From contig CAVXFO010000007.1 in assembly GCA_963761055.1 (NCBI GenBank), positions 147,287 to 211,286 of the forward strand: DNA of 64,000 nucleotides. The letters run 5' to 3'. Below the pieces are notes generated by a model. It was not told the DNA's origin and did no database searches. It saw only the letters and a program-made list of their open reading frames with translations. Each line of letters begins with the position of its first letter. Position 1 is the stretch's first letter. Of the stretch, positions 63,325 through 64,000 are shown piece after piece. The DNA comes from an uncultured Actinomycetes bacterium. GTDB lineage: Bacteria; Actinomycetota; Acidimicrobiia; IMCC26256; PALSA-610. A program made the position numbers and the translations under genes.

Positions 63325-63735
63325 CTAACCGGCGAGGAACGTGGTGGTGCCGAGCATGAGCTCGCTCGCGGCGACGATGATCTCGATCCCGTCTCCGACT
63401 ACGCCCCCACCGTTTCCACTGAACTCAAGTTGGTAGCCGTCGAGCCACCCGTGATGGTTCGTCAGAACACGCCGCCAACGCACGCTCGCGCCGATGAACC
63501 GTCTCCACGGTTCCTCCCGCTCTGCATCGTGACGCTCGCACTTCGGTCGACCGGCCGAACCGGCATCGGCCTCGTGAACCCAGATTGTGTCGTCATCCAG
63601 CGCCTCGAACGCGACGGCCCGGTTACCGAATGACAGCGCAGCGGATACGAGGTGCACCGCGTCCCGAAACTCTGCCACCGCGCTCAGCGAGTCAAAGTCC
63701 CACCACTCGATCCCGAAACCGTAAGGAGACTCCAC
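63325..63735 (-). CDS. Hypothetical protein (start uncertain)
   Basis: 136-aa ORF with protein-like composition (WRRVLTNHHGWLDGYQLEF); no recognised family. Confidence 0.5.
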   Translation of the reverse strand: MESPYGFGIEWWDFDSLSAVAEFRDAVHLVSAALSFGNRAVAFEALDDDTIWVHEADAGSAGRPKCERHDAEREEPWRRFIGASVRWRRVLTNHHGWLDGYQLEFSGNGGGVVGDGIEIIVAASELMLGTTTFLAG

Positions 63736-64000
63736 CCGACCAGAATGCCCGATCGCGCACCACCGGGCGAGCGCAGATCGGGAAGTCGGGTGCCTCGCGC
63801 CAGGTCGTCGACGCCCCCGCGCCCGGCTGAACCGATCAGCCGGGCTTGGTCACGTCTCGCAGCGGCGTCAACGCCTTCCAGTCTCCGTTCGAACCGGATG
63901 TCGGATCGAACGACACCAACGAGAAGTTGTTGTCGGCGTCGTACTTGCCGGTCCCCAGCGTTGCCGCCGCGGTTCCGACCAACGTGATCGTCCCGAAGTT

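Noticed and set aside
60761-64000. Integron-like cassette array of co-oriented accessory genes
   Set aside because: No repeated attC-like or other shared element at the gene junctions
1-64000. CRISPR array, rRNA or recognisable anti-phage defence operon
   Set aside because: No repeat-spacer structure, rRNA-like sequence or defence-gene motifs seen; all tandem repeats are short and lack spacers

Overview
High-GC actinobacterial chromosome segment, with gene content typical of Acidimicrobiia (inference). Many otherwise intact genes carry single-base frameshifts, most likely long-read indel errors. From left to right: (1) the end of an integrative mobilizable element (relaxase/helicase, excisionase, tyrosine integrase) at tRNA-Val(CAC); (2) amidohydrolase, PaaX regulator, desaturase, nitroreductase, aceE and tRNA-Val(GAC); (3) a large SARP regulator and a block of small accessory genes; (4) two tandem decayed integrative elements at tRNA-Gly(GCC), the inner one carrying a GAF histidine kinase with a 3x11-aa linker repeat, two stand-alone ANTAR proteins and a toxin-antitoxin remnant; (5) three F420-type LLM oxidoreductases and dut; (6) a Fur-rubrerythrin-FeS oxidoreductase-DUF3501 operon, divergent from an acyl-CoA ligase/TetR/four-subunit 2-oxoacid:ferredoxin oxidoreductase/acyl-CoA dehydrogenase cluster; (7) an Opp/Dpp ABC importer, a thiolase-like protein and a crotonase; (8) an amino-sugar glycosylation locus behind a Thr-rich LPXTG protein; (9) a two-gene hybrid transporter (MFS-LivF fusion plus LivH-LivM-LivG fusion, no binding protein nearby), the best candidate for an undescribed system; (10) a DUF222-HNH gene with DNA-damage promoter motifs, a GNAT, an RlmJ-like methyltransferase and an MDMPI-family gene. 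All calls come from motif recognition by eye; no database search was run.
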